Below, one piece after another: positions 20,223-30,035 of a stretch of 64,000 nucleotides of DNA. The notes beneath the pieces were generated by a model. That model made no database searches and was not told where the DNA came from. It saw nothing but the letters and a program-made list of their open reading frames with translations. The stretch spans positions 544,001 to 608,000 of the forward strand of contig OY763927.2 of the NCBI GenBank assembly GCA_963667665.2. The letters are read 5' to 3'. This stretch comes from Nitrosopumilus sp. (GTDB lineage: Archaea; Thermoproteota; Nitrososphaeria; Nitrososphaerales; Nitrosopumilaceae). The stretch's first letter is position 1. Every line of letters begins with the position of its first letter. The position numbers were made by a program, and so were the translations under genes.

Positions 20223-20228
20223 TAATGG

Positions 20229-20627
20229 ATGCAACATATGAACATATTTCTATTCACCGGAGTAATTACTGCAACGGCAATTACCCTATTGTTCTCTAGC
20301 GGTCAGTTTGATACAACCAGACTTGCATTTGAGAGTGCCATTACAGCAAAGCAGACAAACGGCATGATATATCTCACATATTCCATTTACAATACCGGTA
20401 CGACAGACATTGTCTTCATTGAAGTTAATGCTGACTGTTGCAGCACATCCCCCAATACCCCTACAGACTATCCAATTTTTCCAAGAAGCGATACCGGGCA
20501 GATATCTACCATGCTACAACTTCATGGAACCATATTGAATTACGGTGATGCTTTTTTGGTAACATTTCAGGTGGAGGACAATCTTGGAAATACCAAAACC
20601 AGTATAGAGCCAGTCAGGATTGGTTAA
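20229..20627 (+). CDS. archaeal pilin-like or Ig-fold surface protein
   Basis: N-terminal hydrophobic helix; I.NTGT.DI..I.V beta pattern. Confidence 0.45.
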   Translation: MQHMNIFLFTGVITATAITLLFSSGQFDTTRLAFESAITAKQTNGMIYLTYSIYNTGTTDIVFIEVNADCCSTSPNTPTDYPIFPRSDTGQISTMLQLHGTILNYGDAFLVTFQVEDNLGNTKTSIEPVRIG

Positions 20628-20862
20628 TAATGATAACTTTGATGTTTTTACACCGTTTAATCTCAGAATAATTGTGAAATTTATGGTTTATAGTGAAAAA
20701 TCCCTATCTCATACCAGAATTGTTTCTTATCCTGACTGTCAATTTTACATTGTACTTTCTGTGTGTCCTGTATAATTTTTCATATTCAGAATTGAATACT
20801 AGGAGCAAATGTCCCGAGTTTGGAACAGTGTATTAAAATCTTAAAAAGAAGAACAGCATAAG

Positions 20863-21090
20863 ATGTCCATGAGTGACAGTGCAGATACGCCAGTTGAACA
20901 AAAGTCATATCCAAGTAAGATATGGTATGTGGGGCATCTCTTTTTCGGGATAATAACCGGATTGATATGTTATATTATTTGGCAAGACAAAAACAAAGAA
21001 GCTGCAAGAAAACACTTGATTCACAGCATCTGGATTGGATTCATTCCTGTTTTCATTATGATTTTAATTGCATTTCTGGTTTTCATTTAA
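20863..21090 (+). CDS. small membrane protein
   Basis: PSKIWY..LFFGII.GLI.Y; the same motif occurs inside the 40383-41966 protein. Confidence 0.6.
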   Translation: MSMSDSADTPVEQKSYPSKIWYVGHLFFGIITGLICYIIWQDKNKEAARKHLIHSIWIGFIPVFIMILIAFLVFI

Positions 21091-21255
21091 TAGTCAGTAA
21101 AGATTTTGGCTATAAAGAGAACATTGGAAAAAGACAATGGTTTTTCTGAGATCAGTAGATAGGAAAGTGTTATCCAACATAATCTAGAAAATAATTTCTT
21201 TAATTAGAAGGATATTCCCAACCACAATCATAACAGCAAAATATGATCCTGTTGC

Positions 21256-23145
21256 ATGTCTTCATTTCACTCTAGAATTTCAAAAAATTCCCCTTTAATA
21301 CAAAAACTATTCTACATTACAGTGAAAACAAAGCAGATAAAGTCATTCAAACTGGACCCATTTAATCTTGAATTTGCATTAGTCTCTACAGATGTTGCAG
21401 GAATATCAGAAAAAGAGCTATCCATATTATCATTTCTCTCATTCTTTGACAAGTTTACAGAGCCATTCTCCATTGATGTAGTGCGAGACTATGAGGATTT
21501 GCTATTCTACAAAACCATAAGGAGTTGCAGATTTGATAATGTAATAATTAACACAAGCCAGGAAAACCCTGAAAACATCCTACCTGGCGTATCATCTGCA
21601 TCTACCAGAAAGTGGGAAATAACAGAGGAGCATCCTGATTATTGTATATTAAAAGATGGATTATACTGTAAAACATACACGTTATCCATGCTTCATGATG
21701 ACTTGCCACCTGGATGGATTTACGGGTTGTATCAATATTCTGATGCAATAAGAATATTTGTAGAGCCTATACCTGACGGAAAGACACAATCAACAATTGC
21801 AAACCACAAGTCAGCTGCTGCCACAATGTCATCAGCCACTGGCATGAACTCGACTGATAATATCTCAATAATAAAAGAGTTGGTCCTAAACAAGAAAAAC
21901 CAGAAACTGTTCTTTACTAGAATAAACATTGTACTACTTGCAGCGGATGTCTCATCATTGCGCTCTAGAGAAAAAGAGTTTCTACAAAATACAAAAAACA
22001 TTCCAGGTATTGAGACTGCAAAACATGTCCAGAAAAAATTACTCCACGGAACAGAAGGTCAGAGAATTTTAATGGTGAGCAGTGCGTTTCACTGTCTTAT
22101 TCCGTTTGTAACATCAGAATTGTACGAGGAAGGCGGCATACTGTTGGGGGAAAATACAATGACAGGAAATCCAATCAGATGGAACATCAATAACCGTATC
22201 AATAGAAACACTGTACTTGCATCTACTTCTGGATCTGGCAAGACAACACTTGCAATGATGATAATTCATGCCTTTGAAAAGATGCATCATAACGCGTTTA
22301 TCTTTGGAGTTGATCCTGAAAACGAGTATGCAGTACTGGGTCAGAACATGGGATTTACCTGTGTGGATTATTCCTTTGGAAAAAAGATGGGTCTTGATTT
22401 ATTCAAGATGGTCCCAGATACTTTTGCTGCAACTGAAACATTGTGCAATGCGCTAAACGTTCCAGAAGTGGACAGAATCATTCCAAATATGGCTGCAACC
22501 ACCCTTGCAAATCTTGACATCTCGCACAGAAGCTTTACAAAATTCTATGAGATAATGGAAAAAAACGAAACAGACAATCACGCCCTAAAATATTTTAAGA
22601 TGTTGACTATTCCTCCATATTCTGACTTTTTTGAAGGGGAACCACCAAAGTCTAACAAGATAATTCTATCGCTAAAAAACATCGGCAGTGCTGGTGGAAC
22701 AGTACACAGACTAATCACACAGATTGCACTGTCTTATGCAATGGGCAGGGCATTGCTAATGCCCAAAATAATTCCGAAACTATTCATGCTAGATGAGGTG
22801 TGGATGTTACTACAACACGACTCTCTTGGTAATTATATTCAGAACTTGTCAAGACGTGGAAGAAAATACAACATCAATCTCATGATGGCAACTCAGAACA
22901 TTGAGGATATGACAGATAATGTATCTGCTCGAAACGTCCTGGTGAACAGTGACACTGTTATGTTTCTCAGGCAAAGTGAGGCTACTGCAAAATCACTCAG
23001 AGAACACTTTGTACTCTCTGATAATGCCGTCTCCTATATGATGAGATTAAACAGGGGACAGGCACTGATAAAATACGGAAATAGCATGGTTCCTGTAAAT
23101 ATCTTACCTGATGATGAGCAGTTAAAACTGTTCAGACCGAGATGA
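21256..23145 (+). CDS. virB4: VirB4-like conjugation ATPase
   Basis: STSGSGKT Walker A, DPENEY, LDEVW Walker B, RRGRKYN, ATQ. Confidence 0.85.
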   Translation: MSSFHSRISKNSPLIQKLFYITVKTKQIKSFKLDPFNLEFALVSTDVAGISEKELSILSFLSFFDKFTEPFSIDVVRDYEDLLFYKTIRSCRFDNVIINTSQENPENILPGVSSASTRKWEITEEHPDYCILKDGLYCKTYTLSMLHDDLPPGWIYGLYQYSDAIRIFVEPIPDGKTQSTIANHKSAAATMSSATGMNSTDNISIIKELVLNKKNQKLFFTRINIVLLAADVSSLRSREKEFLQNTKNIPGIETAKHVQKKLLHGTEGQRILMVSSAFHCLIPFVTSELYEEGGILLGENTMTGNPIRWNINNRINRNTVLASTSGSGKTTLAMMIIHAFEKMHHNAFIFGVDPENEYAVLGQNMGFTCVDYSFGKKMGLDLFKMVPDTFAATETLCNALNVPEVDRIIPNMAATTLANLDISHRSFTKFYEIMEKNETDNHALKYFKMLTIPPYSDFFEGEPPKSNKIILSLKNIGSAGGTVHRLITQIALSYAMGRALLMPKIIPKLFMLDEVWMLLQHDSLGNYIQNLSRRGRKYNINLMMATQNIEDMTDNVSARNVLVNSDTVMFLRQSEATAKSLREHFVLSDNAVSYMMRLNRGQALIKYGNSMVPVNILPDDEQLKLFRPR

Positions 23146-23299
23146 TATCTGTGCTAGATTGTTTTCTTTGATTTTTTATAGACATTCCTTACAACAAGAT
23201 CACACCATTAGATTACCGCCAGTTAAATTCATGACAGAATCAAAACATATTCAGATTTTGATTATGTATGAGGATAAATAAAAAAGAAACAATATAAAA

Positions 23300-23680
23300 T
23301 CAGGGTTTTGGCAAACCTTTGATTTTTTCTATTTGTTGTACCATATCAGGCATTTGTGCAGGAATCTCAAGAATATCTATTCTTTCATCTGTATTCGAAT
23401 CATAGCTTAGTGGATCATATTCATAATGCGATATCCATACTGGAGGTTCTAGTACGACTTTTTTACCGTTTATTGAAGTTATTTTTAGTATTTCCATATG
23501 ATCTAGTTTTTTGTTGTATACAATTTGAAACCCAACTGTTGTCAAATCATCATGATCATGTACTGTTTTTGCAATTTCCTTTATGGTATATGTAAAGGCA
23601 CTAGTCATCACTTGTTGCAATCTCTCTTCATCTGATTCTTTGGAATGTTTACTCATTATAGCATCCAAACAATTTTGCAT
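23300..23680 (-). CDS. hypothetical protein
   Basis: ORF followed by a T-rich terminator. Confidence 0.45.
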   Translation of the reverse strand: MQNCLDAIMSKHSKESDEERLQQVMTSAFTYTIKEIAKTVHDHDDLTTVGFQIVYNKKLDHMEILKITSINGKKVVLEPPVWISHYEYDPLSYDSNTDERIDILEIPAQMPDMVQQIEKIKGLPKP

Positions 23681-23790
23681 AAAAAGGAAAAAATTTACCC
23701 AGTCTCATCTATTGAAAGTCATCTTCCATACACGCTTAAAATTACTTGTTTTGTAGGTCATGTGATCTCTTCTATGGATTCAGTCATGAA

Positions 23791-23837
23791 GGTTCTGGTA
23801 AATTCTAATGATCTGATCACCAAAATCTACCAGAACC
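23791..23837. repeat. 47-bp imperfect palindrome (head-to-head TIR mini-element), copy 1
   Basis: GGTTCTGGTAAATTCTAATGATC-T-GATCACCAAAATCTACCAGAACC; reverse-complement copies at 46262 and 48668. Confidence 0.8.
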
Positions 23838-23900
23838 TATGTATGCAAACAAGATGAAATGATCACCATATTTTTATATATAAATTATTTATGATCGCAT

Positions 23901-24914
23901 ATGAGAAAGATTGTATTCATATTTGTGTTATTATTAATTGGTATTGCTCCATTAATCATTTCATCATACTCTGATTATGTCTCCCCAAAAAAACAGCTAG
24001 AATCTGGAGTATTGCCTGAGGATATACAATGTAGAGAGAATAAAGTACTTGTGATCAGAGATAATGGAAATCCAGCTTGTGTTAAAGAGGAAACTGCACA
24101 AAAAACAGGGTGGGATATCATTGCAACAGAGTTTGCACAAAAAATAGTTCCATCAAACCAAGAAGTTCAGATTAATGATAAAGTAGAAAATAATTTGATA
24201 GAACATGAATCTACAGTAGATAATGAGACAAACAATAATAATGAACAAGAATTCATAGTATTAGATTTTGGCTCTGATGTAGAGTATGTAGATGACGGTA
24301 GAGAACAATATAGAGCTAAATTACAGAAATCCCCTGCACCAGGGGATATGTTTGGCTATATTGATGAAGCTCTGGAAAAACATCCAGTAGATGCTGCTGG
24401 CCTGTTTAGAACACCAGCAATATCACATGAAAGATACTCTGTTAATCCAGGAGTTGGATTTTATCCACAAGACTGGATGCCATCACATGTTCCAGATGGA
24501 TATAGATTGCTGTATATTGATAATAGGCATTATGAAGAATTTGGTACTTATTGGATGAGAATATATTTTGTACCAAACACGTTTGAGTTAACGAAAGACA
24601 TCACAAACCTTGATTTAGATATGTCTCAAGGATTCAAAATATTTGTTGAGAAAAAAACACACCCATTAGATGAAATTGAAGATGAAATTGAGAATTATCG
24701 AGAACGTATAGAATCTGATTATGGATATGTAGGTAGATTCTTAGACTTGGAACGTGATGGAAAAACAGTTTGGGCATCAGAGACACAATCTGATTACAAT
24801 CACTATCATGCAACACTTAACTATAACTTTGATGAATATACCATAGTAGGAGTATCATCAAATTATCATACTCTAGAGGAATTACAACCAATATTTGATA
24901 GTATAATGAAATGA
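23901..24914 (+). CDS. secreted protein with thaumarchaeal P.KQ...C...PACV domain
   Basis: Signal peptide; SPKKQ...IQC...LVIR..GNPACV; WMP.HVPDG shared with 35233-36222. Confidence 0.65.
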   Translation: MRKIVFIFVLLLIGIAPLIISSYSDYVSPKKQLESGVLPEDIQCRENKVLVIRDNGNPACVKEETAQKTGWDIIATEFAQKIVPSNQEVQINDKVENNLIEHESTVDNETNNNNEQEFIVLDFGSDVEYVDDGREQYRAKLQKSPAPGDMFGYIDEALEKHPVDAAGLFRTPAISHERYSVNPGVGFYPQDWMPSHVPDGYRLLYIDNRHYEEFGTYWMRIYFVPNTFELTKDITNLDLDMSQGFKIFVEKKTHPLDEIEDEIENYRERIESDYGYVGRFLDLERDGKTVWASETQSDYNHYHATLNYNFDEYTIVGVSSNYHTLEELQPIFDSIMK

Positions 24915-24922
24915 AATACATC

Positions 24923-25804
24923 CCCAACTTATCCTAAAACTCTCCAGTACATCATAATTGATGCCAAATACACAAACCCAAGATAATTATCACAGTTCTT
25001 CTCATATCTGATTCTTGTTCTATGAAATCCATTCTTCAACCATGCAAAGAATCTCTCAACAACAAACCTTGTCTTGTTGTAATTGTTCTGCATGTTATTT
25101 GGTACGATGAATTTGGAATTATTCCTGTATGGAATGCAGCATCTGATAGAATGATTTCTCAGATAATTCCTGATGTATTTTGCATCATAGCCCTTGTCTG
25201 CATACACTGATACGATCTCTTCTATCATAGAATCATCTACAAAATCTGAAATTGATTCCATGACATCGATAAATTTCGTACTATCATGTTGATTTGCAGG
25301 ACTGCATACAATTGATATTGGCAATCCATTACTATCTACGGCAACATGTATTTTTGTACCTAGAATCTTCTTGAAACCATCATATCCAGTTACGTTGCCC
25401 CTTTTTTATTGGAAATTGATGATGAATCAACTGATATCTTTTGCAGATTAATCTTGTTTTGTTTGTAAGCTGATTTCATTATTCCAGAAAGAATCTTTTT
25501 CCATACTCCTTTTTGCTGCCAGTCTTGTAATCGTAGATGTGTAGTTGATTTGGAACCATACTTTTCTGGTAATTCTTCCCATCTGCATCCAACAGTTAGA
25601 ACAAATAGAATTCCATTAATTGTTGTTCTATCATCACATCTTGGTCTGCCTGTTCTTGCAGGTTTTGGTAAATGTGGTATAATTGATTTCCACTGTTTGT
25701 CTGTTAGTTCTTTATGAATCATAGAAATGATTTGATAGATGTTATTGTTAGATCTATACTATCATCAAATGTTTACAAAATGATCTGTTTTAGGATGAGT
25801 TGGG
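24923..25804 (-). mobile_element. IS5-family insertion sequence with split transposase (25390-25722 and 24929 to ~25400)
   Basis: 18-bp TIRs CCCAACTTATCCTAAAAC (24923-24940) and GTTTTAGGATGAGTTGGG (25787-25804), 17/18 match; ELTD.QW, GRPR, DSS, ADKGYD, R..VER.F.WLK; A6G4 run at the frame change. Confidence 0.9.
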
Positions 25805-26573
25805 TATCATTTTTGATATCTGATATCAGTTTTGGAATCAAGGCACCACCTCCTGCACAAACTACTGGGATTCCGGGATAGTCAATTACGACTTTTTCCA
25901 GAGAATCTGAAATGTTTGCGGCAAGGATTTTTCTTGCCTCATCGAGTTGCGGGGTGTTCTTTGAGAACAGTTTTTTATCCACATAACCTGATTTAGAAGA
26001 CGTAATGGATCTTGTAATGTCGCCAACACCATGCAAAAGTGTTTGGCCATATGCTATTGTATCGTGAGTTACAGCCATTATCTCAGTTGTACCCTGTCCT
26101 ATATGACACACTATTCCATCTTCTAACCCTTCATGATCAAGGGTTGCCTTTGCCTGAAACATCACACCAAAGAACTTTGGTGCAAATCTATCTTGAACTA
26201 CATTCTTGATTTTTTGGACGTAATCTTTTGCATTGTATGGAATGCCTGCAACGATTACACATTCTGAATAGTTTTGTGGACCGCCAGGCAATGCATCTTT
26301 TTGCAATACTATGACCTTCTCTAGTGCATGTTTTACCAACTCCATATAATCAGTAATGGATGTTGGTGCTCCCCTATACACTGGAGTCTTTAACACCATT
26401 GATTTTACTGACTCTTGTTTTGCTGCTTGCTCCCCGACAAGAACAGTTTTTTTTGATTCCAAGTCCATGCTTTTGCCTCTTGCAATTATTGATGGGAATG
26501 TAAATGTGCCATGTATGGTGGCAACTTTTACCAAACCCGTTCCAATGTCAAGACCGATGCAATTTTGTTTCAT
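25805..26573 (-). pseudogene. ParM/MreB-like actin-fold ATPase truncated by the IS5
   Basis: GLDIGTG.VK, IGQGTTE, AGGGA motifs; the last ORF codons come from the IS end. Confidence 0.75.
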
Positions 26574-26608
26574 GCTAACACCAGAACATTTTGAATTTAA
26601 GGTGCCAT

Positions 26609-26861
26609 TTTACTATCGTGTAATTACACGATAGTAAATCCCAACTATCGTGTAATTTGACGATACCCAAAATCCCTCCAAAAAAGAGGTTAACAAAACG
26701 CCCTTAATACAAAAACACTACTAGTAATTAAACAAAACCCAAAAAACACCAAAAACACACTTTACAGCATAGATAAGGAAAAATCCCAAGGATTCATACC
26801 AAATTCCAAAAACGCAATTTTTTCACAAAAACCAACCAAACTATCGCGTAATTACACGATA
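26609..26861. promoter_or_regulatory. three palindromic TATCGTGTAATTACACGATA-type sites
   Basis: Perfect 30-bp palindrome 26609-26638; imperfect copies 26644-26665 and 26840-26861. Confidence 0.7.
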
Positions 26862-26893
26862 TCAAAACCAACAAAATTTCTACAAAAATAAAA

Positions 26894-26963
26894 TAGAGGG
26901 CTATGATGAGACAGGCGTTGATCTGACACCAATATGATGACAGGCTTCTGTCTGAGCCCTCTA
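26894..26963 (+). ncRNA. dual-guide C/D-box sRNA
   Basis: C ATGATGA 26903-09, D' CTGA 26923-26, C' ATGATGA 26934-40, D CTGA 26952-55; terminal stem TAGAGGGCT/AGCCCTCTA; T-run downstream. Confidence 0.85.
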
Positions 26964-27020
26964 CAAATTTTTTGTATCAATGCTGTTAAAAATGTTAGCA
27001 CAGTCAAAGGTTTTGTCAAA

Positions 27021-27080
27021 CTGAGATATTATCTCCAACCCTGCAAAGAAATCGACTCAGCGAGTAGGGATTAAGAGATT
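27021..27080 (+). ncRNA. pseudoknot motif copy A (minimal)
   Basis: CTGAG/CTCAG crossed with CCCTGC/GTAGGG, plus ATCTC/GAGAT. Confidence 0.55.
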
Positions 27081-27347
27081 AAAAGAATTTTCTCAAATAC
27101 AAATACATCAAAGAGAACAACCAGTCCGCACAGCAGTATCATTTGGTTTATTGTAAAAAGAATAAATCAACAGGAATAAATTCCCGACATTGAATGATGA
27201 GGAACTATTCACACCAGAAATTATTTTTTTAACCCTAGCGCAAGCTATACTCTGGTGACGACATCAACTATCTACGGACAGACCAGTTACAATCTGCATT
27301 AGTTCAGCATTTGAGAGAAGACCACCATTTAGGTGAGGTAAAATACT

Positions 27348-27584
27348 ATGATGCGAAAAACACAAAGCAAAAAAATTCAAAACACAGGTACAAGTGTAAT
27401 AAACGTACAAAATACATCCAGCCAGAAACTACTTTTGGCAAAGAACTACCTTGAGCAGAAACTGGAATCTCAAGGATATAGAGGTCATGTAAGATACGAC
27501 CAAACCAGTCAAGGCTCTAATCCAGTACAGAGTCAAAGAGGGAACAGTAGCAGTTCTCAAAGACGGCAAACTCTGCATATTTGA
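27348..27584 (+). CDS. hypothetical protein (may be the frameshifted 5' part of the next gene)
   Basis: AGGTGAGG SD-like sequence upstream. Confidence 0.4.
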   Translation: MMRKTQSKKIQNTGTSVINVQNTSSQKLLLAKNYLEQKLESQGYRGHVRYDQTSQGSNPVQSQRGNSSSSQRRQTLHI

Positions 27585-27585
27585 G

Positions 27586-28407
27586 ATGCCAATGAAGAAA
27601 TTCAAAGGAGCATATCCATTGGAAGTACAATCAGTGGACATGGATTCAATCCAGACACAAAAAGCCACTTGCTGCAAGAGATGCCATACATGGAGACAAC
27701 AAGCAGACATAACACGATGTTCCTGTGGGGGATATCTTGTTCCAAGAAAGAGATTCTCTGTAGATACAGTAGAGTCATGGGATGAGCAATTCCTAGAGAT
27801 AGAATTTGCAAAAAAAGACATCAGAGCAGCAATAAGAACTGACAGAATTCTATCACGCAGACCAAGAAAATACCAAACAACAGGTATCACCCACAAACTC
27901 GCTGGAATATCATCTACAGAAATAGTAGATTCCCACAAAGAGGAATTGTTACTAATTCCAAGCGGTGATGATGTAAAGACTGTTCAGGTCAAACCAATAC
28001 TATCATGCAGTCTGATTTTTGTTGCTGCAATCAGTAGAGAAGACAAACCAGTTACAGACACAGACAAACTAGAGATTCTCAAAAAATACAACCTAGAGCC
28101 TGTAAATGATGATGCAAAAGACAGACAGTTCAAGTCCGAGGCAAAACAATTCATCAACCACACAACACCAATCCTATCTGAACAACTGATGGATTCATGG
28201 AACCATTCTGCATCTAGAAGACAGTCCAAAGTGTATAGAAGAAAGGTAAACTCTCTTGAGAAGAAATGGGACGGTACAGAATTGAGGAGACTGGACTACA
28301 AATATGGTCATCTATCAACCAAAAAAGACCGCAAAGAAAAGAACCAGCATATAACACAATCCTTTGCAAGCTCGATTCCTATCCCAACAGCAAATCAGAA
28401 AGCATAG
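27586..28407 (+). CDS. hypothetical zinc-ribbon protein
   Basis: CKRC...CSCGG; basic C-terminus. Confidence 0.55.
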   Translation: MPMKKFKGAYPLEVQSVDMDSIQTQKATCCKRCHTWRQQADITRCSCGGYLVPRKRFSVDTVESWDEQFLEIEFAKKDIRAAIRTDRILSRRPRKYQTTGITHKLAGISSTEIVDSHKEELLLIPSGDDVKTVQVKPILSCSLIFVAAISREDKPVTDTDKLEILKKYNLEPVNDDAKDRQFKSEAKQFINHTTPILSEQLMDSWNHSASRRQSKVYRRKVNSLEKKWDGTELRRLDYKYGHLSTKKDRKEKNQHITQSFASSIPIPTANQKA

Positions 28408-28620
28408 ATGATGACTGCTGAAGAATCTGCATTGAAACAATTCCAGGACGAACCATTTTTTGAGGTTCTGGTACAATCAATATCAAGAAAGGCAACAGCA
28501 TATGCATATGCACAACTTGTACAGAAATCAAATCTGGGTTCTGGAAACACAGTTGACTGTATCATAAAAGAGCAGGTACAAAAAACAATCCACAAACTCG
28601 AAAAGATTGGACAGTCTTAA
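28408..28620 (+). CDS. hypothetical protein
   Basis: Abuts the upstream stop codon. Confidence 0.45.
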   Translation: MMTAEESALKQFQDEPFFEVLVQSISRKATAYAYAQLVQKSNLGSGNTVDCIIKEQVQKTIHKLEKIGQS

Positions 28621-28666
28621 AAGCAAGAGAATTCCAACAGGAATAATGTCTAAGACAAAAACTGAC

Positions 28667-28748
28667 TTTGACTGAGTCTATCGCTCCAACTCCGTTATTC
28701 TGGTATAATAATACCAGCTGACTCAGCAGAACGGATGTGTGAGTTGAT
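28667..28748 (+). ncRNA. pseudoknot motif copy B
   Basis: CTGAGTC/GACTCAG crossed with TCCGTT/AACGGA; inner hairpin CTGGTAT/ATACCAG. Confidence 0.7.
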
Positions 28749-28766
28749 CCTTAAAGGAGGAAAAAA

Positions 28767-29459
28767 ATGGCAAAACAATTTATCAAAAGAACACTCATGG
28801 CAATAGTATTTACCATGTTGATTGTCATTGTAGCATCCCTTACATATCAGTATGTGGTTCCGATGGTACTTTCGATGGATACATCAAATGTGTCAGACGG
28901 AATAAACATTGGAAAAGGAATGTTGTACAATGCAAAAGAGCAGGTTATGAATGTCATGGGACAAAATGAAAAGAACTCTCAGGGAACACAAACTGATACT
29001 GCAAGTCAAGATGTAGAATTGTGGTACCAGAACAAAACAGTTGAAAAATCTCAAGGTACACAGACTAGTACAGCAAGTCAAGATGCAATACCATATGGTA
29101 CAGCACTTGGAGGCAAAGTCACCAAAATCGTAGACGGTGATACTCTAGATATTGATGGTACAAGAATCAGACTTGCGCTAGTCAATACACCAGAAAGAGA
29201 AGAAACAGGATATGCAGAAGCTACAGAATTTACAAGATTACACTGTCCAGTTGGTAGTACAGCAATGTATGATATGGATGATGGACAGAGAGATGGTTCT
29301 TACGGCAGAGTCATCGCAAAGGTGTGGTGCTTTGGATATCCAGTGGAGACACCAGACACATCATTGAATGCAATGCTGGTTAATTCAGGACATGCAGAAA
29401 TATTTCACAGATTCTGTAATACCAGTGAGTTTAGCAGTGATGAATGGGCAAACTGTTAG
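28767..29459 (+). CDS. membrane-anchored thermonuclease (SNase) family protein
   Basis: VTKIVDGDTL, IRLALVNTPE, YGRVIA, LN..LV..GHA. Confidence 0.85.
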   Translation: MAKQFIKRTLMAIVFTMLIVIVASLTYQYVVPMVLSMDTSNVSDGINIGKGMLYNAKEQVMNVMGQNEKNSQGTQTDTASQDVELWYQNKTVEKSQGTQTSTASQDAIPYGTALGGKVTKIVDGDTLDIDGTRIRLALVNTPEREETGYAEATEFTRLHCPVGSTAMYDMDDGQRDGSYGRVIAKVWCFGYPVETPDTSLNAMLVNSGHAEIFHRFCNTSEFSSDEWANC

Positions 29460-29482
29460 AGAATTTTCACACAAATATTTTT

Positions 29483-29557
29483 TTTGACCTGACAATCCTC
29501 TCAAATCCAATACCAGTGCAAATGCACCTGACAGGCAGATTGGATGTGAAGAAGGTT
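29483..29557 (+). ncRNA. pseudoknot motif copy C
   Basis: CCTG/CAGG crossed with ATCCAAT/ATTGGAT; inner hairpin GTGCA/TGCAC. Confidence 0.65.
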
Positions 29558-29589
29558 ATGATGCTTGCAGCATTACAAAAAAAAAAATC

Positions 29590-30006
29590 ATGACTGAACA
29601 AAACAATTCAGAGAAAATAAGAACCAGTCTAATGCGACGACAAAACGTGATATTTGTGGCAATGATAATAGTTGGGTTATTCCTGACCATCACGAGCCAG
29701 CTAATAGACAAACGACTGCTAAGTGAAGGCATAGCCTTTATTATAGTTGGATTCGTAGGTATGTTAATGTCTTGGACTACAATGGATATTGGCGCAAGTA
29801 TCAAGGAGGTAATCTATGATGTCGGCAGACAAAACCTGACAGTATTAGAATCCATTGCAAAATCTCAAAACGAGATGGTAAAATCTCTAAACGAGATGGT
29901 AAAATCTCTAAACGAGATGGTAAAATCTCTAAACGAGATGGTAAAATCTCTAAACGAGATGGTAAAATCTCTAAACGAGATAAAAGAAATCTTACAAGAC
30001 AAATAG
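29590..30006 (+). CDS. two-TM protein with heptad-repeat coiled-coil tail
   Basis: Two TM helices then (MVKSLNE)n. Confidence 0.6.
   Translation: MTEQNNSEKIRTSLMRRQNVIFVAMIIVGLFLTITSQLIDKRLLSEGIAFIIVGFVGMLMSWTTMDIGASIKEVIYDVGRQNLTVLESIAKSQNEMVKSLNEMVKSLNEMVKSLNEMVKSLNEMVKSLNEIKEILQDK
29860..29980 (+). repeat. 21-bp tandem repeat, about 5.7 units
   Basis: AAATCTCTAAACGAGATGGTA units. Confidence 0.9.
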
Positions 30007-30035
30007 ACTGAGTTTTTCAAAAACCCACAATTTTT

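Noticed and set aside
26894-26963. TIGR-Tas array
   Set aside because: Only one C/D unit and no recognisable Nop-domain protein nearby; a conventional C/D sRNA fits better.
28667-28748. Canonical HDV/theta ribozyme or known riboswitch
   Set aside because: Lacks G+1, the 3-bp P3 and the conserved L3; I could not match it to fluoride, ZTP or SAM-II consensus by eye.
29860-29980. Possible CRISPR array
   Set aside because: Contiguous in-frame units with no spacers; coding repeat.
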